From the NCBI RefSeq assembly GCF_000281045.1, contig NW_008246083.1, positions 350,625 through 414,624 on the forward strand: a stretch of DNA of 64,000 nt, in the 5' to 3' direction. The notes under the pieces were generated by a model, which was not told the origin of the DNA, did no database searches, and worked only from the letters and a program-made list of their open reading frames with translations. The first letter of the stretch is position 1; every line of letters starts with the position of its first letter. The position numbers and the translations under genes were made by a program. Origin of the DNA: Saprolegnia diclina VS20. Its lineage: Eukaryota. Shown in pieces: positions 47,292 through 59,622 of this stretch.

Positions 47292-48018
47292 TTATGAGTT
47301 TTCGACTTTGGCGGCGTCGGGCTTGGCGGCGCAGATGCGAAACACAATGGTCTCGAGGCCCAACGGTGAAATGTGGTACAGTTCGGCCACGTCAATCACC
47401 GGCCGGAGGTCCGCGAGCCCTACGCACATGCTCAGACCATACGCTTGACGCATCATCATCGTACCTCGGTCGATGAGCTCCAGGAACGTGATCGCGCACC
47501 AAAACTGCTCCATCGGGTCGTTGAGCACCTGACATATCGCATGCATGACGCCGGCCGTCACCTGCGGGTCGTCCATGACCCACGTCAGCGCTACAATCGT
47601 CTATCAAGCCGCCGCGTAGGGAAAGCAGCGTACGCATCGCATCGGCGAGGTGGACGCGGATGTGCGCCATGTAAAAAGCCACGAGCGCTGGAAGGTCGGT
47701 CGCGCTGCTGTGTACGCGGAGCGCCATCTGCACGTCGGCGAACATGACGCGCTTCTCTCTTCGCACAAAGCTCCACGTGTCGGCGTCGACGTCGCGCACG
47801 AGCGGAAGCACGCCGCCCACCAAGCACCACATCGTCGGTCGGTAATTCATGGGCACGCCAAACTCGAGCGTCATGTGGATGAGCTGCGAGAGGTTCTCGA
47901 CGAGGCTGATGCTGGGCTGCGCTTCGCCGAGGAGCGAGGCGAACGTCGCCTCGACCTCCTTCCCCTGCACGCCGAGGCTCTTGTAGTACGTAGCCCGAAA
48001 GTTGGCTTGCCGGGGCAT
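47292..48018 (-). CDS. TBC1D7: TBC1D7-like protein (short)
   Basis: NFRATYYKSLGVQGKE...VPMNYRPTMWCLVGGVLP matches the recalled TBC1D7 N-terminus (NFRSVYYEKVG...YRALVWKVLLGILP). Confidence 0.7.
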
Positions 48019-48197
48019 TATGTTGTTGAGTTTGAGTTTGCTGTTTGAGATTGGAGTTGTGGGTGGCGAACTTAATGGAGCGTACTTTAGTGAGCAGAAG
48101 TGCATGTCAGTCAGTCTTGCCGACGATCGTATTTAAGCGAGACCGTGGCGTGCAGCCGCTCTTGGCCAAGATCGTATTTAATCGAGCACGTGGCGGC

Positions 48198-49410
48198 ATG
48201 TCAGCGTTGCAGGTGGACCCTTCGTCGATCTGGGTTGGTATCCCTGTATGCAGCAGCAAAACACCGAGCGCCCGGCTGCGGTCGCAACGAAGCAGCCGCA
48301 TCAAGCTCCAGAGCAGCGCCGTCGAGCTGCGCCACGAATTTGAACTGCTCTCGCTCGAGGCCGACCGACTCCGCACCACGTACACGGCGATGCAAAAGGC
48401 CAAGACCCTCCGCGCCTTGTGGACGCGGAAGCTCCTCATGGGAAGCATTCGCGCCAACAGCCGCCGTATCGACGACCTCTTGCGCTATGTGCGCTTCCTC
48501 ATGACGACAACGGTGCCACGCACGGTCGCCTGCAACGTGCCCACGTGGCGCAACGCGGCCTTGTCACAGGATCCACAGCTGCGCCGCGCCGGCGCCATGT
48601 GGATGATGGATTTTCTCTATGACGCCGTCGACAAGGCGCTGGACGCAGCGAGCTTCCCCGTGTCCCGTGAGCCATGGCTCGCGTCGACGACCGAGGCGCT
48701 CGGGGTCTCATTCCGAGCGCGCATCTTCAAGCAGCACGTCTTGCGCGCCGACCCGGCCATGGTCATCGAGGCGTACAAGCGGATGCCGATGCTGTCGGTG
48801 ATGGAGGTAGAGTGGGACTTTTCCTCTGCCCATCATGGGAATCTGTCATTATACCTACGGTATACCGAGAATTCTGGTGCTATTAGGTGCAGACCGTGCT
48901 CTTCAAGGAGCCATATCCCACCGTCTACTATTCATCGGTCCAGCTTGGCAACGGTAGCTGCTACAGCTACGTGACGCAGTTTCGGTGCGAGGAGCATCGG
49001 TGGCTCTTGCTCACGCAAGCGATCGAGGACGACCCGACCGTCAACATCGGCCCGCTCACGTACAGCTGGTCCAGCTGGTGAGTAATGTCTTATTCCTATA
49101 GCATCTGTTGCACTGCTGCATTAGGATCATGGGCACGCCGCTCTCCGAATCCGAGACGCTCGTGCAGGAAGGCTGCGACTTTACCGGGTCGCGGCGCCAC
49201 GGTGAGCTCTTGCCGCTGCAGGAGACCAGCCGACTTGTCCGGTCGCTCTATGAGCGCAACGAGCCTGAGCACGTCTGGATCGAGAAGCTCGCGGTCGCGC
49301 AGAGGCGCCAGTTCCAGGCCAACCACGCCCACGACATTAGCCGCATTTCCTGCCTCATCACCGACATGGAAGCCGAAGCGATCTTGGCCTCGACGCGCGC
49401 CAGCGAATAA
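48198..49410 (+). CDS. Oomycete-family protein with basic/coiled N-terminus and probable START-like C-terminus (multi-exon)
   Basis: Motif PTWRNAALSQDPQLRRAGAMWMMDFLY resembles an expanded Saprolegniales family (recalled). Exons at 48887-49081 and 49108-49410. Confidence 0.55.
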
Positions 49411-49533
49411 GCCCGATTTTTGTTCATGCAAACATGAGTATACACGTAGCCGCGTCCGGCAGTCTCGACTCTCTACATGAGCGTTGGCATTCCTCGACGC
49501 GCCAGGTGGCCTTGCATGGACGCGCAGGTCGAG

Positions 49534-50034
49534 CTAGATGTCCATGTCCTCGACCAGCTCGGGGTCGTTGCGGTATTCCTACACCTTTCGCCATGAGCAA
49601 ATCGAGCTACTCGATCGAGATGGACGGTACGCGGCCAAAGAGCTGGAAGCCGCCGTAGAGGACGCGGACGTCAGGCTTGTGCGGTGCGTCCTCGAGGCAG
49701 ATCTCCATGCGACTCTTGAAGCGCTTGGCGCAGAATGGCCCTCGGATTTGGCTACGCAGAAAGGCGCATTTAGCCCCATCTCGCTTGGGCGCATATACCT
49801 CATCATGCAGTGGAAGACGATCTGCGGCACGGCCTTGAAGTCCTCGACGACCGCGTCGACGTCGTCGTCATCTTGGAAGTGGTCTTCGGGGAGGTTCACG
49901 GCGCCCCGGATGTGGCCGCCGATAAAGTCCGAGTCGCGCACATCAATGATACGCACGCTCTGGCGGCGGACCGGGTCCTTGAGGATCGCCGCGAGCTCGC
50001 GGGCCGTGATGCGCTCAACCGTCAGAGAACTCAT
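49534..50034 (-). CDS. Cdc25-like rhodanese phosphatase / arsenate reductase (Ibp1/ACR2 type)
   Basis: IIDVRDSDFIGGHIRGAVN, active site VFHCMM|SQIRGP across an intron, VLYGGF. Confidence 0.88.
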
Positions 50035-50415
50035 GCGTCGGACGCCTGCTCGAACCCAATGTGGCATGTGCCAGCCGATAATTTTTTAATTTCGGCATGT
50101 GCCAATTTAAACAGAGATTAACGTGATATCGTACGTCATTGCCACAAGCGGACGGACCTCACACTACCTCGTTGCGGCTAAACGGGGGCTTGAGATGACC
50201 ATGGCTGCTGGCCAGCGGCGGGATCGCGCATGTTGAGATTTGACGTCAGCGCCACCGATCGAACCTGTCCAGTTGCTTCCACAGTCCAAGCCATCTGATT
50301 GGGTGGTCTATTTTTCCGACCCGCTGATTGGATCGCTAGCAAAAATCGACGCGTGACCGAGATTTTGTGCGGGATTGCATGATCCACGGCTGTGTGAGCC
50401 GCAGAACGATATTCG

Positions 50416-52565
50416 ATGGGCGATGCAATGGCACAGCTGCGGGCAGCAGACGTCGGCTCCGAAATCATGACGCCGTTTGGCGCCCGAGCGCTCGTGGACG
50501 CCGACTACGTGGCGTCGGGGCGGCCCGTCGCCTCGATTGAAGACACGATCTCGCGCACCATCCTGCCGTTTTACGCCAACACGCACACGGATACGTCGCA
50601 CTGCGGACACCAAATGAATCACTGGCGCGCCGAGGCCCGCGCGTCGATTGCATCGGCCGTTGGCGGCGACCCGTCCCAAGACGTTGTGTAGGTTGCAGCT
50701 TTTGTATAAATCACTGCACGATATGATGTAGACTCTTTACGGGCACGGGCTGCACGGGCGCGATTCAGCTGCTCGTTGGACGTCTTCGCCGACTCTACAA
50801 GCTGCGCAAGGCTGTTGTGTTCCTGGGGCCCTACGAGCACCACTCGAACGACTTGGTGTGGCGCGAAACGGGCGCGACGATCGTTCGGTACCCGCCTCTA
50901 TCAAGGTACCAACTTGACAGTTTAAAACTATAGCATTCGACCGGGCGCCAATGGCGGTGTCGATCTCGAACACTTGGAAGACGAGCTCGCGCGCTATCGG
51001 CTACGCGCACTGCTCATCGGCACCTTCTCTGTCGCGTCCAACATCACTGGCATTACGACGGCGACGGTATCCGTGACGCGGCTTCTCAAGGCCTACGGCG
51101 CCCTTGCGTTCTGGGACTATGCGGCCGGCGCCCCGTACCTGAGCGTGGACATGCACGAGGGCGGGGTGGCGAAGGACGCAATCTTCTTTTCGATGCACAA
51201 GTTTATGGGCGGCCCGGGCGCCCCGGGCATCCTCGTGGCCCGTCGAGCACTCTTCCATGCGACTGGCAACCCACTCTTTGAGGACTGTGGCCGAGATGGC
51301 GTGCCGCTGCTGACCGAGACGCTAAGGCGCCCCGAGTGCTGGGCCGCGCGGGTGCTGAAGCGCACTCGTCGCTGGGCCGCCTCCAAGTCGGCTCGATGGA
51401 ACGACGTCCCCGTGTACCCGGGCGGTGGCACCGTCCGCCTCGTGTCGCACCAAATGCACGAGTACACCGAGACGATCGAGGAGAGGGAAGAAGGGGGCAC
51501 CCCGGACATTGTCGGCGCGCTCCGGGCCGCCCTCGCCTTTCAGCTCAAAGCGAGTCTCGGCGACCTTGGCCACCTCGAGCAGGCTACTGCTGTATGTACG
51601 ATTTGATTACTTCGAGACACTTATAAGTGCGCCTAGGCGCGCGTCACCGCGGCGCTGCAGGTCCATCCGTGCATCGTCTTACTCGGCGATCCAGCGGCGC
51701 CCCGCCTCCCGACGTTTTCATTTTTGATTCGACGCGGGTCGCTCTTCTTACACCCCAACTTTGTCTCGCGCCTCTTGAGCGACCTCTTTGGCATCCAAAC
51801 ACGCAGCGGCTGCGCCTGCGCTGGACCCTACGGCGCGCACTTGCTTGGCATTTCCGACGAGATGGCGGCGGTGCTTTTCTCGCTCGAGCACCGGGGCGCC
51901 GGCGCCGTCAAGCCGGGCTTCACCCGCTTCAGCGTACCCGCGTTCTGGAGCCGCGAGCGTGAACAGTTTGTTGTCGACGCCACTTTGTTTGTCGCATCGC
52001 ACGGCTGGCGCTTCTTGGCGCTCTACGATCTGAGTTTGTCCTCCGGCGTCGTCACCAGTCGCTTGGCCACGCCTCTGTTGACGACGTGGAGCGACGTTGT
52101 GAACGGCAGTGCTGCCGTCAACACCCCGATGACGAATGCCAACGGCGCCACGGTACTGGCCCAAGCCACAGCCATGCTGAGCGACCTTGAAGTGACGTCA
52201 CCGCGGGGGCTCCCCGACGACGAGCCTGTCGCTGCGCTGCACTCGCTCGTGGGCTGCACCGCCAAGGACGTCGGCGCCTTTTGCTGGTTCCTGACGCCTT
52301 TCGATGTTGCGCACCAAGGTGGTAGCTTGACGACGGACCGCTGCAGTACGTACATCGCCTCCTCCTTCCTATCATTTGAGCTCCACCGGTGTGTTAACCA
52401 GGTGTTCTGCGACCGCTGTTCAACGCCGCCAAACTGCGCGACTGGACACCAGCACTCTCGCGAGACGCGCTGCGTCGGCTGCAAAAGACTCTGTACGTCA
52501 AGCCGAGCAGCGTCCACGCGGTTGACGGTCCCCGTCTCGTACACAAACTGCTCGGCTTCAAGTAA
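50416..52565 (+). CDS. PLP-dependent class V aminotransferase (cysteine desulfurase-like)
   Basis: ADYVASGR, FYANTHT, ASNITG, WDYAAGAPY, SMHKFMGGPG, EEGGTP, GIQTRSGCACAGPYG. Confidence 0.88.
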
Positions 52566-52580
52566 CAAGAGCGTGACGAT

Positions 52581-55500
52581 TCACGGAAGGTAGTAGTACT
52601 GCTGGAGCTCGGGCCGTGCGTGCTGGTCTTTCGTAATGTAATCGATGAGGAAGCCTGGCTTGACAAGCGGCACCTTCTTCTCCAAAAGGCTCTTGAGCAA
52701 TTTGTCTGTCTTCTTGACCGCGTCGGCCACGAGCACCACCATCGGTGGCTCTTGTACGCCAAACTACATTGTCTCTATTGAGTTTCGAACCTCAATTGAG
52801 CGACAGTACCTTCTTGAGAAGCGTCGGTACGTCGAGGACAACGCCGCCCGCCGCGACAATCACGTGCGTACACATGCTTGGCGGCGGCACCGTCTCCCCG
52901 AGAATCGCAAACGTCCACTTGTCAAACGCACGGGCGCCGCCCGCCGCGAGGTGCGTGCGCCAGTACTTGGCGACCGGCAGCCAAATCCGGGGGTCGCAGT
53001 AGTGGTCCTTCGACACCTTGTCGAGACCCCACTCGTAGCCTTCTTCGCTCAGAAAGAGTCCTTGGGCGCGGCTGTCTCTTAAATAGTCGGGGGTCAGAAT
53101 CCACTAGCCAGAGCTCACAAGTTTATATAGCATCGACGTAGTGACACACCTTGCCCGAGGCGCAGGCCGCAATGATCTTTTCGGTGCGCCGAAGCTCCTT
53201 GCAAATGACGTGCGTGCACGCCGGATCGAACGCGCGCGCGCTGTGCACCACGACGCCGCCGAGGAACTGCACGATCGACTCGTTGATCGCGAGCTCTTCG
53301 TGCGTCCCTGTCAGCAAAAACATGCGTTTTGGCGTCTACAATACGTTGGTGCATGCGTTGGACGCAAGTACTTTGATAAACCTTGCTGCGAGCGGTGGTC
53401 CGACGCTGCTTGACAACGACCACGTCACTCGGCTCGGGCTCACTTTGGGTCTTCCCCTTGCGTTTGGTTTCCTTTGGCGTCTTCTTGGCCGTCGCAGGTC
53501 TGATGGCCTCCAGGACCGACACGGATGCGTCACTGCCAGCGCTGGCGCGTTTGGCGGCCGCCTTCTTGGCCGGCGCCGGCGTCGTTGCAGCTTTTCTGGC
53601 TGGCGTGGCTGCTGCTTTCGTGGTCGTCTTGGCCGAGGTTTTGGCCGAGGACTTGACCGAGGACTTGACCGAGGACTTGGCGGAAGCTGTGACGACGACA
53701 TCCGGCTTGGGCGCTGTTGGTGCGGACGACGGGACATCGGTCGCATCGGGCTGCGTGTTGCGCAGAAGAACGGGCGTCGTGAGCGTCGAGACAAATGACG
53801 TCTCGGGCTCTTTGGGCTTGAGCGGCGTGACTCGGCTGGGCTGCTTGGCCTCGAGGACTTGCAGTGCGTCGTGCACATCGAACTTCGGCATCTTGGGCGG
53901 CTTTGGCTCCCAGCTAAACTCGGCTTCGGGCACATAGCGCCACTGCTGGACGCACGCCAAGATCCACTAGCAGCCAACATTCCGTCGCAAATTCAACTGA
54001 GCAGAGATGCTTGCATACCTCGAACTTGACAACGTTGGGCAGATCCCACGTGAGCGCTCGCTGGTACTTTTCACCCGACGCTTCAAAGCAAATCAAGTGC
54101 GACGTGTGACTCCTACGCGTCATCAACATTAGCCACACCATTGGCATCATCAGCCGCCAAACCGCGAAAGAACGGGCAGCCAGCACGCGCCGACGAGGCG
54201 GATCATGGCCTGCATGTCGTCGCGGCTCGGCGTCGACCGCACTGTAAAGCCCGAGAGCGTGATGATGAGGCCTTCCATGCCCGGGATACTGCCAAACTGC
54301 TTGGCCGGGTACCACAGTACATTGCGCACCGTGGGTTCTACGCCTCGACATGAGCATTTCATCAAACAAACACGGGAGATTGAGATGGCCCACCGTCAAA
54401 GTTGGCCGGGAGCAGCGTGCGCAGCGCGAGGCTGGCCGCCAGCCACTGGATGCCGACGATGGTCTTGCCGCGCGCCAATGCGACGTCAAACGCACGGCCA
54501 GTCTGGTGCGCGCAGACGACGTACGTCGCACCGTCCATGACACTCTCGTCGTCGTCGTCGTTGTCTCGGAGCACGAGGACTTTGGCGCCCAAGCCTTGGA
54601 TGGCGTCGAGCATGCGCTGGCGCAGTCCGGTAGCAATGTGACTCGCCACAACAAACGCATTGTCGGCCCACTCCTTGGCTGCGTTCTGCATGGATGTTAG
54701 AGCTCATCGTTGCTATCGTGGCGCAGTAGGGTACCTGAGAAATGTCTCTCCAAATGTCGAGAGGCAGCGCCTCCGAGACGGGCGGAAAGAGCTGCGAGTC
54801 GCACTGCAGCGCCATGACCACGTCCGAAAGCCGGACGTCGCGGACCCCACTTGGCTTGTGGTTGTGCTCAAAACCATAAAGCGTCTCGGGCAGCAGCTGG
54901 TTGACTCGAATGCACTCGTAGATCCAGAGGTAGTTGACAATACGGTGCTTGGTCAAGTGGCTTTGGCCAATGATGTAGGCCAAGACGACATCAGGAATCG
55001 GTCCATGAACGTTCGTGGCGACGAAGGCCGTCGCAGCGCGCACCACATCTTCGTCCGAGAGCGTATCGGTCTGCAGCGTCGCGCCCTCAGCATCCCAGTT
55101 GAGCGCTTGCTGGAACGCGTCGCCTTCGGGTCGCAGGCAGAGCATGTGGGTCGCGGACCGGCTAGGGTGCGAGAGAACTTGGCCGCCACTGTGCGCGATG
55201 AGCGTTCGCAGGACCTTGCTAGGCTCGGGCTCGACCTGCGACGTGTAAAGCACGATGGACGAGAAGACCTTGCGCGGGTTGGCCGAGAACTTCTCGGTTG
55301 GCAGCAGCACCTGCGCGTTGTGCAAGACGGAGCGAAAGGCCCAGATGGGCGTTACGATTGGGATGTAGTGGCTCTCGCGCGCCTTGACGTACGTCTCGTA
55401 CGCCGACGACAAGCACACGATGTAGCCTTCGTTGGTCGCGCCATGGCCGTTCGGTGAGCCTTCGGCCGCGATGGCCTCGTCGACGCTGGCAGCAACGGTC

Positions 55501-55661
55501 CCGCCCATGACGCGGACGCAGACCTCGACGCTCATGCGCATGGCGTCCGGCATCTCGGGGCTGATGTAGACGGTCCATGCCGGCCGGGCCCTCCGCCCGC
55601 CCGGTGATCTTGTGTTGGCCATCGCTGCCAGAATATTAGTACGCTCCATCTCATTGGCCAT
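52581..55661 (-). CDS. Multi-BRCT DNA damage/replication checkpoint protein (TopBP1/PTIP-like)
   Basis: Several BRCT units: IPIVTPIWAFRS, ATHMLC, IVNYLWIYECI, TIVGIQWL, THVICKELRRTEKIIAACASGK. Confidence 0.82.
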
Positions 55662-55831
55662 AATTATATTTCATGCATGCCGTATTACATACAAATGCTA
55701 AGGTAATTATATAGAATAATTTCTCGATACCGACTCAATTGCGTGTCAAGCTGTCCCAGTGACACCACTGCTGGCGGGACGGCAGCCCCGGGTGCAGCAC
55801 AGTCGCACCCACACGTTGACTCTACTGTGGT

Positions 55832-57436
55832 TTATTGTTGCGAGTCTAATAACAGAATAGAGTGCAGGACGAGCGCCACGCTGTCGGTCGCCGCGTCCCA
55901 GTGGGCTGGGGAGCTATTAGCGATTCCAACGAGCCGATCGATGCAGGCTACGGCGACAGCAGGCGCCCCGACACTCAGCGCCATCGGCAGCAACTCGGAC
56001 AAGACGCGGGGACCGTACGCTCCAATAACACACGCTACCAAAGGCTCGAGGTCGAGGACGTGCGCGACGTCAGCCAGCTCGACCGCTTGCGCGACGGACA
56101 AATCGTGCACCTTGGGCAGCACCTTCCGCTGTGTAAACGCATGTATGGCCATCGCAACCGGCGCCGCACAGTCTTCCGTCAGCTTACCACACTCTGGGGG
56201 CGAACACGACTCGCAAAGATGATGCACCGCAGCCAGCAGATCGTGTAGCAGGTGTGGACTGGCTTTGGTGGACGTTCGGAGTGTGGTTTGCAGCATCAAC
56301 GTAAAGTCGTCGTCGAGCCAGGTACTTCTTTTCCGCGGATCGTGGGCCACCAGCGTCAAGAGGGCAACGAGGATGTTTCGATGTAGCAAGCCGTTGGTCG
56401 ATACAACTAGGGTCTTGATCAAGTGCGCCAGGACCGTCTCACTGACAGCAGGCAAGAGCTTGCGCCCAAGCCGGGGATGATGGGCCAAAAGAATACCCAC
56501 GCACCCTTGCTCGATCGTATCGATGATAAAGCCTTCGTCGGACATGTGCTGCAGGGACGTCCAGAGCTGCACTGCGGCCGCGACAACAGCGGCATTCGTA
56601 TGACACACGGCCAGCCACACGACATCGATGAGTGCGCCAGACGACCGCAATGCTGTCTGCGTCGCCCCCGCGACCGAGAGGTGTGGGGGAGGCACGACAT
56701 GGCAGACGCACGCGCGCAAGAGCTGGAGAGCGGCCAGTTGATGCTGGGGCTTTTGAAGCTGCATTATGGTCCATGGGAGGAGCTCGTGCAAGTCGCACAG
56801 CACTAATGGCTGGGATGCAACGACCACGAGAAACAAGTCGACCGTCGCAGCGACGTATGTGGGCGCGTCGTCTAAGCGCACGAGCTGTCGGCAGAGATGC
56901 GGGAAGAGCCGCTTCGTCTCCATGTCTTCAAACGCTGGTGGGTAGGCGTATACGAGAGAGGAGAGAATGCGCAGGGCGACGACTTGCGCGGGTGCGTAGT
57001 CGAGTGCAGCGTACGATGGGTGCAGCAGCACAAAGGAGGCCGCGTCAATGGCGCCGTAGCTGCAAAGCATCGATGCATCGAGCGTGGTGAGCGCGAGGAG
57101 TGCTTGGACAACGAGCGTCAGTTCGGCTGCCGTGGTCCCTGGCAGCGTGGATATCAAATGTTGGCAAAGTTGCGGCACAACGTCCGACTTGTGCACAAGT
57201 TGGTGGGCGACACGCGGTGCACTGGTGCACGCGCTCTTAAGAACAGCAGCACTGGCGGTCCGGATCCGGGGGTTGATGTGAAGGAGCACAGCGCCGACAG
57301 AGCTCCAAACACCAATCGGGATCGTATCGAGAGTGCAGTGTTCCGCATTCAGATGGCTCGGGTTGGATGCGATCTTCCATAGCGTTAGTAGCGCGTGCTC
57401 GACGACGGCGTCGTTGGTCGAGTGGAGAGGGTACAT
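55832..57436 (-). CDS. ARM/HEAT-repeat-like helical protein
   Basis: 534-aa Leu-rich ORF with VVEHALLTLWKIAS and RIRTASAAVLKSAC. May have an upstream exon. Confidence 0.6.
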   Translation of the reverse strand: MYPLHSTNDAVVEHALLTLWKIASNPSHLNAEHCTLDTIPIGVWSSVGAVLLHINPRIRTASAAVLKSACTSAPRVAHQLVHKSDVVPQLCQHLISTLPGTTAAELTLVVQALLALTTLDASMLCSYGAIDAASFVLLHPSYAALDYAPAQVVALRILSSLVYAYPPAFEDMETKRLFPHLCRQLVRLDDAPTYVAATVDLFLVVVASQPLVLCDLHELLPWTIMQLQKPQHQLAALQLLRACVCHVVPPPHLSVAGATQTALRSSGALIDVVWLAVCHTNAAVVAAAVQLWTSLQHMSDEGFIIDTIEQGCVGILLAHHPRLGRKLLPAVSETVLAHLIKTLVVSTNGLLHRNILVALLTLVAHDPRKRSTWLDDDFTLMLQTTLRTSTKASPHLLHDLLAAVHHLCESCSPPECGKLTEDCAAPVAMAIHAFTQRKVLPKVHDLSVAQAVELADVAHVLDLEPLVACVIGAYGPRVLSELLPMALSVGAPAVAVACIDRLVGIANSSPAHWDAATDSVALVLHSILLLDSQQ

Positions 57437-57783
57437 GGCCTTTCTGTGCAGCTATCTTTAGCAAGTGGTGGATCTGTGGAAAACACAGAGTTTACCTTTA
57501 GCGCAAACCACTCCGAGGCCGGGGCAGTTGCCAACACACTACATTCTTGTCCATTACATGTCATACCGGTACCCTCGTCTCTACTTGTATATGAGTTGTT
57601 GGCTGTAGTCGCTCCTTGGCCTACCCACCTGAATTTTTCGCTGCTCCTGGCGAGTGCAAGATCGCACCATCGACATATGATTGGCTCCATTTGAAGTGCT
57701 TTACATCCAATGGGAATTGAGAGTTGTGTAACTGCCTCGCATTTTCAAACCGGCGCCGCAAGACAGAAGCCAAGCGCAGGACG

Positions 57784-58880
57784 ATGCGTCGGCGGGGTCG
57801 CGTGACCCAGGAAGAGATCGCGATGGACAACATCCGCCAGCTCCAGGGGCAGATCCATGACATGCAGCGCGACAAGGCGAACCTCCTCAGCGAGAACCAA
57901 GACCTCGCGTCGGCGCTCGTACAGCCTCTCCTCGTCCATCTCCATCTCATGGACCATCCTCCGCAGAACTTGACGCGCTCCGACTTGGCCTCGGGTAGAC
58001 GACGAGCTGCATATTCATATACGATACAGCTTGCAAGCTCATTCTCCATCCCATGGCAGCGAGGAAGAAGACGATTGAGCTCCAGATGGCCATGGGTACG
58101 ACCCGGCTTTTCCTTCTCGGCAATGATCCTCTCTTCTCCAGTGCGTCGCAATGTCAGCGACGCGAAAGCGAAGCCTACAATTGCCATGCGAGACGTCAGC
58201 GTGCAATGCTCCTTGAAGGTTCGCCAATATGCATTGTGAGCAATTTTCGCACGCGCTCTAGTCTCGGGCCAAAATCGCCGACACGAAGAGACCAGCTAAG
58301 AAGAACAAGGCTAGCCCAAAGACGTCAACAGACCAAAGAGGAAAATCAAACCAGCGTGAGGCCCAGGTATGATACCAAACTTCAATGACCTCTACCTGAT
58401 GCGTCGTTCGCAGTCCACTCGACGCACGCTGCCCCATCGAGCCAAAGTGGCAAAGCCCCCCGCTCGAGACCCATGGAAGGCAAGCGGGCGCGTGGCCACG
58501 CCTGATGTGAATCACATCCCTATGTCACCGCGCGTCCGTCTGGGTACCAACGCACCTTCTCCACGAGGGAACAACCAGGCGCCGGTAAGTCGTGCTTTTC
58601 TTGCCTCTAGCATTGACACCGCGAAAGCACTCTTCTATGAACGAGGAACCGACGACCGAGCGTCGTGCTATGCGCAACCGAACGTCGCAGCCGATTTACA
58701 CGGTCAACTTGCTCAAGAAGATGCGCAAGGTAAACGATGTCATGGGCAACATGGGGATGCATGAGCAATCCATCCTAGGGCGACCCCTGCTCGTTCCAAA
58801 TCTACTCTCCATGAGCCTTCATCTTCCAGCAGTGCATACGCTATGGTCAACAATCAACTTGATGATGATGTGTGTTGAAA
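57784..58880 (+). CDS. Coiled-coil protein of unknown function (multi-exon)
   Basis: MRRRGRVTQEEIAMDNIRQLQGQIHDMQRDKANLLSENQDL plus further short plus-strand exons. End uncertain. Confidence 0.45.
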
Positions 58881-58889
58881 CGAGGCTTG

Positions 58890-59486
58890 TCATGGCTTCG
58901 TCTTCATGCGATGGTTCCGCGGCAAGTACGAAGGGCTCGTCGCCTCCGTGAACGCGTCAATGTACTTGTCTTGGAGCATTTGCTTGGCCTTGCGCGCATA
59001 TTCCTTTTGCTCGCGCCGGATGATGCGCCCGTCTGGCAAGCGCACGAGCACGGAGCTGTCGGGAACGACCGTGTGCGGTGGCACGACGACGCCGGCGCCA
59101 ATGACGCAGTCGTTGCCGATGATGACGCCCTCGCCCACGGAGCACTTGGGCTCGAACCAATTGTTGCTGCCGATCGTCTTGGCCTTGATCGTGCATCCGC
59201 TCTCAAAGAGGTTGTTGTCCCCGACCGTGATCGTCAATTGCGCGTCCGAGATCGTCAACGAGATGCAGGCCATGTCATCGACAATGTTGCGCTCACCAAA
59301 GATGACATATGGAGGGGAAGACGACGGAGCGTCGGGAAGAACCTCGACCGCGGCCTTGGGGTGGAAGACGCTCTTGTAGCCGACGGTCACGACCGCGAGG
59401 TCGACCTGGGCTTCGTCGCAGACGTACATGCAACTCGAATCGATCCCTTGATTGGCCAAATTGTGTTGGCTTGCTGACGCGTTCAT
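58890..59486 (-). CDS. DCTN6: Dynactin subunit p27 (left-handed beta-helix)
   Basis: VCDEA...SVFHPKA...IFGERNIV...VGDNNLFESGC...IGSNNWFEPK...IGNDCVIGAG...YLPRNHRM. Confidence 0.8.
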   Translation of the reverse strand: MNASASQHNLANQGIDSSCMYVCDEAQVDLAVVTVGYKSVFHPKAAVEVLPDAPSSSPPYVIFGERNIVDDMACISLTISDAQLTITVGDNNLFESGCTIKAKTIGSNNWFEPKCSVGEGVIIGNDCVIGAGVVVPPHTVVPDSSVLVRLPDGRIIRREQKEYARKAKQMLQDKYIDAFTEATSPSYLPRNHRMKTKP

Positions 59487-59622
59487 TGGCCAAATCAAGA
59501 AAATACCATTTTTGATTGTTTTTATTGGCGCATGGAATAATACGTGCATGGGATTGGTGGAAATTGTGGCATTCGAAAATCCGTTGACAAAAGCAGCGGA
59601 TTGGTTGAAACGCACACGAGCG

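Noticed and set aside
53635..53680. 12-bp tandem repeat
   Set aside because: Encodes a low-complexity SSVK/SSAK linker inside the BRCT gene.
15010..55661. Functional cluster of chromatin/replication genes (ORC1, histones, NIPBL, BRCT)
   Set aside because: Interspersed with unrelated genes; expected by chance in a gene-dense core region.
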